64,000 nucleotides of DNA from Blastocladiella emersonii ATCC 22665 (Eukaryota > Fungi > Blastocladiomycota), in NCBI GenBank assembly GCA_025594325.1, contig JANHCV010000009.1, positions 1,240,001-1,304,000 on the forward strand. Direction: 5' to 3'. The translations under genes and the position numbers were made by a program. The notes beneath the pieces are model-generated. The model had not been told where the DNA came from and did not search any database. It saw only the letters and a list, made by a program, of their open reading frames with translations. Shown here piece by piece: positions 26,520 through 39,453 of the stretch (positions within the stretch are counted from its first letter, which is position 1; each line of letters begins with the position of its first letter).

Positions 26520-29500
26520 ATGGAAAACCACTGGGACTCCGTGCAATATGCGCACCTGTATCAGGGCTACCCGCCTGGCCCGCCGCCCGGGTGGCCCGGC
26601 TACCTTGGACCCGCGCCGACTCCGCAGCCACAGCCTTACGCCCAAGCGTACTCTCAGCATGCTGCACCTGCCTATCGTGCTGATCAGACTTGTACAAAGC
26701 TTGACCTACTGCTCTTTGCTCAGCAACGCCTTGTCGTCCCAACTTTGACTGCGCTAGGCGACCTGGATCCCGCCGTATGGTTGCGCGTTCTCGAAACCGA
26801 CCTCGGCGCCCTTGGCCTGCCCTGTAACCTTTGGCATCTTGCCGCGCTTTGCTACGCCGATACCGAACTTGCGCGGACGCTTCGGCTGCTCGCGCAGGAA
26901 CGGTTCGATGCGGCGGGCGCAGCGGGCGACTTGTGGCACCTCGGCTTGCGGCCTGCCGTTCTTGCATTGCGCCAGTATGCGGCACCCGACCCGGTTGGCT
27001 TGGCAGCGGTTGGCACTGCGGCCGCGTTTGACCAGTATGCTTCGAACGGGTACTCGACGTGGCCGCAGCAGGACCAGCCGGCGCCGTTCGAGTCTTCCCT
27101 TGCCCCGTCAGCTGTTACGGCGCCGCTTGACAACGCTTTCCGGAACCAATACACGGCGTGTCCCGCGAATGTGCTTCCTTTCGGCTCGGGACCCGAGCCT
27201 TCGCTTGATTTGGCTCTCGAACCTTCGTCGTCGCCGTTGGCTCCTCACGAGTCAGCACTCGACGATTACGTTTCAGCGACCGGCAGCGATGTTGAGTGTC
27301 AACCCGCACGCGCACCTTTCGACTTGGACCACGCGAGCTCGATCCTTTCTATCAATCGTGCGTACAAGGCTGACGACGACCGGTCGACTCCTGTATTTTC
27401 GCCATCGAGTCTGCCTGGTAAATTTGTCCTCCCCGCTGCCCAAACCGACCTTGACGCGGCGGAAATTCCGCGGTCCTCACCCAGTCTACCAATTTTATCG
27501 GACCGCTTTGGCAGCTCGCCCAGCCCGTTGTTGCGCAGCGACTCGCCGGTACACGCTGCAGTTTTGGACGAGGACGTTGAACCCTCCTCCTTGGTCTCAA
27601 ACTCGACTAGTTCACATCGGAGCTCCGTGGCCAGCAACGACTGTGACGTCTCGGACGTTGGTGCGGTCGTGCCTGTTTCCGCCACGCTTGGCGCGGCTGC
27701 AGATCGTGCGAGCGCTCACTCCGATGTTGGTGCGGTTGCTTCGCTTTGACGAACGGTGCACACGTGCTAACGTTGCTAAATCTAGGTGACGCCGAGCTTG
27801 ACCACGATGAACTTGATGTTCAGTTTTTGCGCAGCCAGTTGATGGACGTTTCGAGCGTCCAAGGTGCGGACGAGCGTGACATGGAGGAGCTCTCAGGTCG
27901 CCCGGACTCCGGTGCTGACGAAACGGGTTTGATCGAGGTCAACGCTTGCAATCCGCATTCCGTGGACGCCTCTCCTGCTTCGCCCGCGGATCTTGTTTCA
28001 GCGACTGCTTCTGTTTCGCTGATTCCGGGCAAAGCCTCCGCTGAGGCCAACCTTGAGCCTATGATTATTGCCGTCGACTTCATTACTAGCGCTCATTCTG
28101 GGGCGTTTGTTATCCTCAAAGCCCTGATTCCGCTCTGTCCATTGCCATCTGGGATCGAATCGCGCCAGGCTGAAATCGGGCGTCTCGCCGCTCTTTCGAT
28201 CAGCTGCTTTGCAACGGCCAAAATGGCCGCGGCAAACTCAAAAGCGCTTACGACCACTCTCAAACCCAGTTCAGCATCGGACGACGTGATCACCGTCCAA
28301 GTTCAGCCGCTCGCTGGCTTTGATGGCATCCATGACGGTGGACATACCGAGCTTCCCAAAGATGGGCCATTGACTCGGCTCCTAACGAAGGAAATTGCGC
28401 GCATCTCTGCTGAGCTCTTTCCTCATCACGACCTGCTTCGCGATCTTGACGAGCACGGTCTCCCGTCGCTTCACCTGCTTCCTGCGGCGTGTGGCACCAC
28501 CGCTGGCCCAGCTTGGTATGAACCAGTGTTTATCAACATGCCGGGCGCCCTGCCGGGGGTTCCAACTGTCCGCGTCAACTTTGTGACAACTGCGATGATT
28601 GAAACTCACTACGCGGGACTCGGCGTCTGGGACTTTGACTCAAACAAGCTTCCTTGTCACTACAGCGCCACGTTTCCTGCCAAGACGACATGGAGTGCGG
28701 CCATGGCCACCATCGAGGCTTTGGTCCCTGGAAGCGAAACCCTTTCGCAGAAGCTGTTGTTCTACCGCCTGCCCAACAACGTCGCGGGACCTCACGCGCG
28801 CGCTTCGGCGGATAGTGTGCTGTTAGGTTCGAAGCTTACGCTTGCACAGCTCGCTGCCATGAGCGACGGCGCCACCGGCGGCATGGCGCTTCCGCCGTCC
28901 AATCGGAAAGGCAAGCGGAAGAAAGTCGCGAAACCGCACAGTTCCAACGCGGATCCCGCTGCAGTCGCTAAGCCACCAGTGCTTCGCGTCCTCAGCGTGC
29001 CACCGGCTAATGGTTTCACCACCGATCTCCACGGCGCGTCGACGCAGCGTATTGTTCAGCGACTCACCGACAATAGGCTCCTGCTCTTTCTCAAAGTATA
29101 CGCTGCGCCAGTCGGTCCGCGGTTCATTCGCCAGTGCTGGGTCGCCCCGTCCGACTCCGTTTCGCAGCTCTTCCAGGATTACTTCTCCAACTCTTTGCTC
29201 TTCGGCGCGCTGTTTGTCAAACCATCCTGCTTCTTCGAGGAGCGGCCTGGCAACGCGCCGCCGCGTCGCCTTCCTTCGCGACTGTCGTGGCGCACGATCG
29301 GCGTGCCGTTTGGCGCTGTCATCGTGGTCGAGTTCCCAGCGATGCAGTGCGGCGACATGTTGGGATCCCTGTCGGGCGTCCTTTCGTCTGGGACCCAGCC
29401 TTTCTCGTGGTCGGCCCGTTTACAGGCCGTCAGCTTATTTAAGTCTATGATCAATCTCGCGAAACAGTGCTCAGAGCCAGGCCGCGTACTTGACGTCGTC

Positions 29501-29761
29501 GAAGCGGCCATGGCCTCGTACTTGATCTCGCTCGCGCTGATTCCAGACATCGAGCCCGACTTGCGCCACGAGTACCGCATGGTCGCGCGCGGCCGAATCG
29601 CTCCGCCCACGTATCTTCAGTGGCGAGACGACTGCGCAAGCGGCAAGTGGAACCCCGAGTTTGCGTGGTTGTGCGATCCAGACGCGCCGCAATTCACGAA
29701 GCTTGGTCTCGACGAGGTTGATCCGCGTGAGATCGTGGGCGAGAGCGAGAACCAGGAGTAA
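26520..29761 (+). CDS. Large orphan protein, paralog 2; ORFs 26520..27749 and 27746..29761 joined by intron 27730-27785
   Basis: GTGCGG donor at 27730, GCTAAC branch and CTAG acceptor at 27785; splicing restores the frame. Blocks shared with paralog 1 include LLLFAQQRL, CGTTAGP, WDFDS.KLP, YAAPVGPRFI, PDLRHEYRM and WLCDPDAP. Confidence 0.75.
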
Positions 29762-29950
29762 ATACATGACTTTATTCCTTGCCGAGTTTCATCGCGTTGG
29801 TTGTCAATGACGCCCAGCCTCAACGCGAACAGCGACGCGGCCAGGGTCGATGCGAGGCGATTGATGGTCAAGCAAGTCAAACGTTTATATCATTTGCAAC
29901 AAGAACAGGTATTCTAGTGTTTCCGTCCCATCGTCGATCACACCCGTCCG

Positions 29951-32806
29951 TTACTCGGCCATGCGCACCGACTTGCGGTTGCTGGACGCGGACGAGGACG
30001 TGGTGCGGCCCATACCGGCGCGGCGGTTGGACTTGGCCGAGGCGGTCGCGGCGGCCTTCTTGCCCTTGAGCCAGTAGGTGCTCATGTTGCTGCCGCCCTC
30101 GAGCGTGACGGGTTCGGGGCGGGCGTCGAGGTCGTAGTCCTTCTTGATGAGCTCGTATGTGGCGGGCGAGACGTGGATGCGGTTGGGCTGCGACTTCTGC
30201 TCCATCTGGCCGGCGATGTTGGGGGTCTCGCCGAACAGGGCGAAGCGGGGCATGACGATGCCGGCGACGCCGCCGACGGCCGAGCCCGAGTGCATGCCGA
30301 TGCGGATCTGGACCGAGTCCTGGACCTGGTCCGACATGTCGAGCTCCTCGACCACCTTGAGGAACCGGAACGCGCACTCGGTGATCTCGACCGCGTGCTG
30401 GCGCTGCGTGAGCGACCCGGGCTTCTCGTCGGACGTGTTGGACGTGTTGAGCCCGCCGACGAGAATGTACGCGTCGCCGATCGTCTCCATCTTGTACACG
30501 TCCTGGTAGTCGTCGAGGATCGTGTCGAAGGCCGTGTACATGCGGTTGAGCAGGCTGACGATCTGGCGCGACGTGGACCGCGACGTGAGGTTGGTGAACT
30601 GCACGATATCCGTGCACAGCACCGTGATGTTGTTGAAGTCGCGCGGGCGCACCTCCTTGCCGAGCTTGAGCGCCTCGGACACGAACTTGGGCAGCATCGA
30701 CGACAGAATGTCGTTGCTGACCTTGTTGTCCTTCTCCATGTCGTCGACCGACTTCTGCAGCGACATGAGGTGGTCCATCTCGATGGCCTGCTGCCGCTTG
30801 AGCGCCTGGTACTCGCGCTCCTGCTCGGCGTGGATGTCGGACATGGCCTGGCGCTGGTCGACCTTGATCGAGTCGCGCTGCTCGCGGTGCTGCTGCTGCA
30901 GCGACTCGCGCATCTCGCGCTGCCGGAGCATGAGCTGCTCGATGGCCTGGCGGCCCTTGGCCGTCTCCTCCTCCTCGGCGCGCTGCGCCTCGATCATGAG
31001 GTCCGTGGTCGCGTTCGAGACCCCGGACACGTCGCTGCCCGACGTCTCGGACGTGAAGGCCTCGGACGTCTGCTTGGAGATGCCGCCGTCCGAGCTGTGA
31101 CCCTCGGACCCGGTGCCGTCGCTGCCCGTGTCGCCATCCGAGTCGGACCCGGCATCGGACCCGTCCTCCTTGCCGGCCTCGGCCGCGTTGAAGGACTTGA
31201 GCGCCTCCTCGCGCTCGTAGAAGGCCTTCTTGCGGTACTTGGCGGCGAGCTTGAACTGCTTGGTGAGCTGCTTGGCCTCGGCCTTCTGCATGTGCAGGAG
31301 CTCGCTGGCCTTGTGCTGCTGCAGGCGGCGCACGTTGTAGGCCTTGAGCGACGACAGCTGCTGCTGGAGGTTGAACTGCTCCGTCTCGATCTCCTTGACG
31401 TGCTCGGCCTCCATCTCGAGCTCCTGCACCCGCTGGTCCGCCTGCATCGACTCCCACTCCTCGGCCTGGTCGAGCTCGAGCTCAAACAGCTTGTTCGAGT
31501 GCTTGACGCGCAGCAGGTGCTCCTCGCGCATCTGCTCCACCTCCTTCTGCTGCCGCACCTTGAGCTGCATCATCTTGGCCTCGTGCAGCCGGTCCGCGTC
31601 CTTGGAGATCGAGTCGCCGGATGCCGCGGGCGCCGCGTTGCCGCCGGGCCCCGCGGGCGCGACCACCGTGACGGCCGTGCTGGTTGGCGTCGCCCCAGCG
31701 GCGGTCCCGTCGGTGATGGCGAGCGCCGAGCCCGACTTGTTCCCGATGACGGCGGCGGTCTTGGCGTCCTTGTCCTTGCTCGTGGCGATGATGCGGGCGA
31801 GCGACGGGTTGGTCTCGATGAGCAGCTTGCGGTAGATGGTCAGGTTGCGCGTGACGCGCGCGTGGCTGTCCATGAGGGCGCGGCGCTCGCGCTCCTGGCG
31901 CGACTCGATGTCCTTGATGCGCGACGCGAACGACCGGCGCTTCTCCTGGGTGCTACACGGTGCGAGACGCGCGAGGGGATAGGTGTGAGTGATCCGGTCG
32001 TCGTGCGAGAAGGTGAAAGAGCGTACCGGCGCTTCATCGACTTGACCTTCTCCTGGGCCTCCTCGCGGGCGCGGACGCGGAACTTGAGGGCGCGGAAGTC
32101 GAGGATCAGCTTGTCGAGCATGGTCTTGTCTGTTTTGAGGGAGGTAATGTTTTTTTGAATGTCGCCCGTGAGTGTCGAGTTGCCGCCAGTTGAGCCGTGA
32201 TTCGGATCCTCAGACGACGTACCCTCTTCCTCCTCCTTGAGGTCGGCCGCCTCCTGCGACTGGCGCACCGCCTGCATGCGCTTCTCGAGCGCCTGCTCGT
32301 CCACCAAGAACTGCGCCTCGGCCATGTTGGACTCGTGGATGTGCGCCTCGTCTACACGTTACGGGCAAGGAAGTGAGTGACCGACCATGGCCGATGGACG
32401 AGAGGTTGCGTACCGATGTAGAAGTTGTTGGTGCGCTGAAAACGTGAACGTGAACGCGAACGTGGGCATACTTCTCGATCAGCATGCCGGACTTACCCTA
32501 CTTCCGACACCACCACACACCCTTCACACCCGTAAAAGCACGTACCTCGATCTCGGCGAGCCGCGTCTCGGTCTGGACGCGCTCGCGCTCGAGCGCCATG
32601 GCAATGGCCTTGTCCTCGATGGACGTGAGCGTGAGGAAGGCGTTGAGCTCCTTGTCGTCCTGCAGGTCGCGCTCGTTGAGCAGCGACTGCGCCGCCGTCT
32701 GCTGGCCCGCCACGGCCACGCCGGCCGCGGCCGCGAGCCCGCCGGCGCCCGTCACGGACGAGTTGAGGGTCGACGAACGGTGCATCTTGGGCGACGGCGT
32801 CGTCAT
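29951..32806 (-). CDS. Soluble class III nucleotide cyclase (guanylate cyclase-like) with long N-terminal coiled coil; multi-exon
   Basis: ITVLCTDIVQFT, VYKMETIGDAY, IRIGMHSG and MPRFALFGETPN; upstream exons around 32024-32360 and 32545-32806. Confidence 0.88.
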
Positions 32807-33480
32807 CGAGTTTCGTCGTCGTCGGGCGGGACGGCGAGCGAGGAGGGGTGGGAGTGTGCGCCGGTATCGAGTGCGCGCGCGAGGAGGGGGTGCAGTGCAG
32901 TACAGTTCTGCGAGTGCGGTCGGTCTATGCGTTGCGAGTAGCGAGGGGAGAGGAGGGATCCACGAGCGAGCGGACGAGGCTTCGGATCGAGGAGGACACT
33001 GGATCGGGATGATAGATGCCGAGCGAGGCGTTCGCACACGGCGGGGAAGAGAGAGGGCGGGGGGCGGGCGGGCACGCAGGGGGGGAGGCGGGGGCAGGCT
33101 GTTCGAATCGTGCGCCCGGCCGAGCGCGCGCGATAGCGGTCTCGTGCGATATGTCAAATGAGCGGGTGCACAGCGCACGCTCCTGCGCAGCCCGTTCGTT
33201 TGCGTTTTTTTTTGTTTCGCACCCGGCAGCGCGCGACGGACGCGTCGCGGGAAATGCGCCACACGCCGCGGGAGACGCGCGCGCGCGTGCCCGTGTCTCG
33301 CGCTCGCCCACCCGTCGCGCCTGCCACCCCTCTCACGACCTCTAATTGTCTCCCCGCTCGCTGATATAGCCGAGAGGGGCCTAGAATACACTGAAATTAC
33401 TCGTGCATCACACCCGCTCCATCGACCCGCGCGACGCGTCGCGCCACCCGCCGAGCGACGATCCACGCGTGCACGCGCCG

Positions 33481-35705
33481 CTACTCCTGTGGCGGCGCCC
33501 GGATCGGTGGCGCAGTTCCCATTCCCGCTCCCGCCGCTGCAGCCGCGGCGGCCGCCGACCTCGCCGCGTCGTCAGCAGCGAGCGCGGCGCGCCACCCCAT
33601 GATCGCGGTGCGCCGCTGCTCCTCGGCGTGCGCGCCCGCCCACCCGACCGGGTGCAGCTGCGCGGTGCCGGCGGCCGCCGACAGGCCGAAGGTGCGGAAC
33701 AGCTTGTGCATGAGGTCCGCGGGGACCGGGTCGACGGCGGGCATTGGGGTGGAGGGGGAGGTGGCGGCCGAGGCGGCGCGGAGGACTTTCTCGAGCGTGT
33801 CGACGGTCGCGGCCGTCGGGCAAAGCATGGTGGTCGGATTGGACTATACGCGGACGCGCGCACGAGGTCAGTCACTCCGATAACAACCAACGTAACCACC
33901 GCGAAACGTACCAGCTCGTCGTCCGGCGCTGCCTTGCGCGAGACGAGAGCGGCCGAAAGCAACGTCCCCTGAGCGTCGTCCGCGACCACGTCCGCGAGAT
34001 CCGCGCGGGCGCCGGACACGACGTGGCGTGTGACGAGGCGGTACCGTCTCGCGACGATATGGTCGGCGCGCGACCCGAGCGCGTTCGCGATCACGCTCCA
34101 CTGCGGCCCGTGTTCACGCACCAGGGCGAGCAAGCGCCGGTCCTCGTCGGGGGTCCAGTCGCCCGCGGCGCCGCCGGCCGCCTCCCCACCGCGCGCGGCG
34201 ACGGCTTCCTCGAGGTGCCGCCGCCCGACGGCGCGCTCGCGGCACTGCATGTCCGTGCGTCCGGGGACGTGGCGGGCGACCTCGGCCCACTTATCGCCGA
34301 AGGTCGCGTGCGCGTAGGCGAGGGCGGCTTCTTCGGCGGCGGACCACCGGCCGCGGCGCGTCGACGGGTCAATCGCCTTCCACCGCTGCAGGCACTGCTT
34401 CGGGTCGCGCGTGCCCACGTCCTGCGCGACGTACGCCCACAGCGTGGTGCCGTAGATGCCGACGGATTGGAGGAGCAGGTGGTCTTCGTCGCGCGTCCAC
34501 GGTTTGCTACAAGCAGGCGCGGAGGGGTGAGTGGGATACGGCGCGAGTGATAGAGATGGAGGCGTACCCGACGCGCACATTGTACGTGCCCTGCGCGCGG
34601 AGGAACTCGTGGTACGTGCGGAACGCCCACGCCGGCGACCTCCGTGTCTACACCCTTGCGTCAGCTTCATCCGCTCCCTCCCCATTAACCCCAAGACGTA
34701 CCGGCAACCCACTCGCAATCGCAAACCAGTCCGCGTCACCTCCTTCCGCGAGCTCGGCGATTTCAATGTACTCGGTCTCGGCCGCGGGCGAGTGGTCGAG
34801 CGCTGGGTCGTCCCACGCGGTCCATTGCGCGCAGCAGTCGTCGGGCGACTTGGCGCCGCGAAAGTACGCCGCCGAGACGTGCGGCCAGTCGATGGCAGCA
34901 GCGGGCACCTGCGACGTGATGCCCGCCGGGTCGAGCGTCGCGAGGGCGGCGAGGGTCGTGCGGCCTCTACGCGGCGGCGGGGTTAGTGGTGGGCGGGAGA
35001 AGGGGAAGGGTGAATGAGTGAGCGTACTCGCGCAGGAGGTAGTAGCTGCAGTAGTTGACCACGCCCTTGACGAGCTTGGCGCTCTCAGCCGGCGACCCTA
35101 CACGCACACCCCGCCTCCGTCAGCCCCCTCCGCTCCCACCCCTCACCATACACCGTAAGACGTACACGACGTGCCAGGCACAAACTCCGGGATCCGCGCA
35201 ACCGGCGGCCCCGCAGCGTACTCGGCGCTCGGCAGCGGGCCGTTGCCGTCGGCAAAGTACGAGTACACGAGCCGCGGACCGCCGCCTCCGTCGTTCCCGT
35301 CGCCGTCTTCATCGGCAGCCGCGGCGCTCGCCTTGCGCCGCTTCTGCTGCTGTTGCTGCTGCTGCTTGGTCGTCCACTGCTCGAGCGCGGCCGCGGTTTC
35401 GGCCGTAGAAGAAGCGCCGACTAGCTGGCCCTGGACCTCGGCCGCGAGGTCGGCGACGCGTTTCGCGCGGATCTCGCGCTACAGGCAAGACATCAGCTCT
35501 ACCGCTGCCCGTAGCGCTGAGTGCCATCAAGCCGTACCCGCTGCGCGTCGACCGCGTCGCGGCGGAGCCGAACCGCCTTGAGCAGGACGTGCAGCGCGCG
35601 CTGGTACTCGGCGTTGGCGGCGAGGAGGTCGCGGACGCCGGCGACCGCGTGGTGCTTGACGGCGTCGGCGGTGAGGGGTGGTTGCATCGGGTTAGACGTG
35701 TTCAT
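33481..35705 (-). CDS. Multi-repeat Myb protein, SNAPc subunit 4 (SNAP190)-like; multi-exon
   Basis: Several Myb repeats: WTRDEDHLL..W..VA..V..R...QC..RW, WSAAEEAAL..W..VA..VPGRTDMQCRER, WTPDEDRRLL..GPQWSVIA. N-terminal coiled coil. Confidence 0.65.
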
Positions 35706-35873
35706 GGCCGAGGTTACATAGTGTGTGCGAGAGAGACGGTTGGGGTCGAGGGAGAAGAGCGTATATCAACAGAAGAGGGGGCTACGTAGGGGATGATGAC
35801 GGGGGACTAATCTACAGTGTGAAGAGGGCGGCGATAAATAGATAGAGGGCAGAGGGTAGAGGGTACAACAGGA

Positions 35874-36877
35874 TTAGAACTTGACGACGCGCTTGACCAT
35901 CCGCACGGGCGCCGCGACCTTGATCGCCTTACTCGCGACCTTCTCCTTGTCCATGCGCTCGAGCGCGACAAAGACATCATCGGCGTCAGGCGACTGATCC
36001 ACTTCCACCGTCCCGACCGTCGGCCCCTCGTCGGCGGGCTTGGTCGGCTTGCAGTCGCGGGCGAGGTGCTGGACGCTGCCGCAGAACTTGCACGCGCCGC
36101 CGTGCGGGTACATGCCGCGCTCGTTCTTGGGGCACTGCGAGGCCAGGTGGCCCGTGGCGTTGCAGATGAAGCACGTCGCGTACGGGTAGACGAGGTTGCC
36201 GTGCTCGTCGCGCTTGGCCGAGTGCCGCGACGGGCAGCCCTTGACCGTGTGCAGCGCGGACCCGCACAGGTAGCACTTGACGGCGGCGGCTGCGGGGACG
36301 ACGGGCGCGTCGTCGGTTCCCCCAACCTTGGTGGGAGACGACGACGCCGAGCTGGGCAGCGACGGGCACTCCTTGATGGCGTGGCCGGGCTGGCGGCAGT
36401 GGAAGCAGATCTATAGACGGGCTCGCGGTGGTCAGTTGCCGTGCGCACGGCAAGGCGTGGGAGAGGGGAAACGCACCGTAGACCGCTTCTTCTTGTCAAG
36501 CTTCTGCTGCTTGCGGTCGGCGCGGAACCGCTTGATGTCGGAGACGGGTCCGTCGAGCCCGTTATCGTCTGCGCGCGCGCTCGAGGTCAGAACGAGCACA
36601 ACCCCGAATCACGGCGATGGGATAGCCACGCACCGGACCGCGACCGCTTCTTGCCCTTGCCGTGCTTTCCGCCCTTGGCCTTACCCGCAGCACCGTCCGC
36701 TGCCGCAGACTGCTTCTTGCCGCTGCCGGCGTCAGATGGTGGCTCAGCGCTCGCGGGCTTCGACGACTGCGCGGCCTGCTGCTGCTGTTCCGACTTGGTC
36801 GGGAGCAGCGGCTTGGCGACAAACTCGGACGCGGCGAGGTGCGTCTTCTTGCCGCCGATCTGCGTGTACCGCGTCAT
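35874..36877 (-). CDS. ZCCHC9-like multi-zinc-knuckle protein; multi-exon
   Basis: CFHCRQPGH, CYLCGS..H, CFICNATGHLASQC, ..MYPHGGACKFCGSVQHLARDC; N-terminus MTRYTQIG. Confidence 0.8.
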
Positions 36878-37349
36878 GGCTGGCTGTCGAGGGAGATCTC
36901 GGTGATGGGTACGACGAGTCGTGTATATTTCTTCTCGGTGGCGAGGAGAGATCCGGATCGTGTCGCTCGTTGCACTACGGCGATCGGATTGAAGGTGTTG
37001 ATACGTTGCAGATGGCCGCTGATGGGTCAGGGATCCGAGCCGGTCGACGACGCGAGGACGTGGTGCGGCGTGGCAGGCAGCGAGAGACAGCGAGGCTTGA
37101 GACGAGCGTCAGGTGACGCGAGGTGACCCGTTGCTACGCCACTTTCGGCCCAGCACCACCACGGACAAGCGAGAGAGCGAACAAATGAACAAACCAACAC
37201 TGTAATGCATCGAGGACACGACAGGGCGGGCAGAGGGGGAGAGGGGCGGGAGGGAGGGGAGGGTGGGGGGGTGTACAACGGCTAACAGTGTGGGGGAGGG
37301 GCTAACGACGCGGCCGTTGCGACAGCGGGTGATACTAGGCGGCAACAAC

Positions 37350-38998
37350 TTAGAGCAGGTCGGCAATGTCGCGGGGCATCTCCTCGACCTGGGTGTTGTA
37401 GTGGCGCTCGATCTGGCGCAGGACGGGGGTGTCCTCGCCCGTGACGAAGTTGATGGCGACACCCTTACGGCCGAAACGACCGCCACGGCCGATGCGGTGG
37501 AGGTAGTTCTCGAGCGACGACGGCAGGTCGTAGTTGATGACGAGCGACACCTGCTGCACGTCGATACCGCGGGCGAGGAGGTCGGTCGTGATCAGGACGC
37601 GGGCGGTACCGTTGCGGAAGTCGTCCATAATCTTGGAGCGCTCGCCCTGGTCCATGTCGCCGTGGATGGCGGCAACGACGTGGTCCTGCTTGGTCATGGC
37701 CTCGGTGAGCCAGTCGACCTTGCGGCGCGAGTTGCAGAAGATGACGGCCTGGGTGATGGCCACCGTGTCGTACAGGTCGCACAGCGTCTCGAACTTCCAG
37801 TCCTCCTTGTCAATGTGGATGTAGAACTGGCGGATACCCTCGAGCGTGAGCTCGTCCTTCTTGACGAGGATGCGCACGGGGTTGCGCATGAACTTCTCGG
37901 TGACCTCGAGCACCTCGGGCGGCATGGTGGCCGAGATGAGCACCACCTGGATCTCGGTGGGGAGCAGCTGGAACACGTCGTAGATCTGCTCGGTGAAACC
38001 GCGCGACAGCATCTCGTCGGCCTCGTCGAGGACGAACATCTTGATGTCGCGGGGGTCGAGGGCGCGGCGGTTGGCGATCATGTCGTAGACACGGCCGGGG
38101 GTGCCGACCACGATGTGGGCACCCGACTGGAGCGCCTTCATGTCGTCGCGGATCGAGACACCGCCAATGCAGGCGTGGCACACGACGCCCATGACGTCGC
38201 CGAGGGCGAGCACCACCTTCTGGATCTGCGAGGCCAGCTCGCGCGTGGGGGCGAGGATGAGGGCCTGGGTCTTCTTGACCGAGACGTCGATCTTCTGGAG
38301 GATCGAGATGGCGAAGGTGGCCGTCTTGCCGGTACCCGACTGGGCCTGGGCAATGGCGTCGTGGCCCTTGATGACGGGCATGATGGCGCGGGCCTGGATA
38401 GCCGAGGGGCGCTCGAAACTAGGTTGGCCGGAGCATCAGTGGCGGGTTCGCGAGCAACCGAACCAACGAGAAAAGCGTACCCGTAGGCGTAGATGCCGCG
38501 GAGGAGCTCCTGGCGGAGGTTCATGTCGTCGAACGAGTCGACAACCTCGTCCCAGTTGGACTCGATCTCGGTCTCCTGAATGTCCTGGTACTGATCACTG
38601 CAGGGTGGCGTTGCGGGGGGAACGGTGGTCAGCGCGTGTGGGTGGGGAATAGAGTTTTCAGCCGGCGGGGCGGAGGCGTAGCGGACAGCAGCAGGACAGC
38701 GTCGAGCGGGCGGCGGGTTGGTCGGTCGGGGGGAACGGTGGCGTCGCGGGGGTCGGTCGGTCGGCCGCCGCCGCCTCGAGCGAGCGCGTTGTCGCCACAC
38801 ACATGACGCCCGATCACCCAGACGCGCGCATCCGTGGTGGCGCAGCGTGCCGCCGCGTCGCGCTGCCGGTCAGCCGAGCGAGAGGCGCGCGAGTCGCCGA
38901 GTCGGTCATGAGGTCCGTGTCGTGCGAACCGCGCTGGTGCTGTCGATGCCGTCGCCGCTGCCGTCGCCGTCGCCAAGCACGTGGTACACGTACGCCAT
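37350..38998 (-). CDS. TIF1: Translation initiation factor eIF4A (DEAD-box helicase); exons 38994-38998, 38481-38597, 37350-38418
   Basis: [50 protein letters not shown]; the spliced N-terminus reads [27 protein letters not shown]. Confidence 0.96.
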
Positions 38999-39453
38999 GA
39001 TGTTGCTAAGAGGGAGCAAGCCAGAGTGCAGCGGTGCGGCCAAGTCGAGGCGGGTGCGGCGCGGACCGTGTTTGGTGTTTCTCTCGCTCACGCGCCCGTT
39101 GCTAGGCGCCCCTCCCCCGCTGCGTGACGCCACGTGGCACGCCGCCACTTTCGCTCTCCGCGTGGCCCGATCACCGCCGCCATCACGCTCTCCCCGGGCA
39201 CCGTGCGCGCACATCCAAGGGTGGCCAACGTGGGCACCCTGGCCGTCGTCCTCGCCATGATCACCGAGTCGGGCGTCCGCGGCGGTCGGTGATGTGAGGG
39301 CGGCGGCGAGGGTTCGCCACTGCTTGCGCTGCCAAGCGCCACACCCCGCCGTGGCGGCGCACTCGTCGCTCTCCTCCCCCCTCCATCGCCCGAGCGAATC
39401 CTCGCCATCATCGAGAGCGCGAGCCCAACTCGCTGCAACGCACCCACACCACC

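Noticed and set aside
30173-32158. 661-aa plus-strand ORF
   Set aside because: Antisense shadow of the cyclase gene.
29951-32806. Rhodopsin-guanylyl cyclase (CyclOp/BeGC1) ortholog
   Set aside because: No seven-TM rhodopsin segment in the reconstructed exons; the N-terminus is hydrophilic coiled coil.
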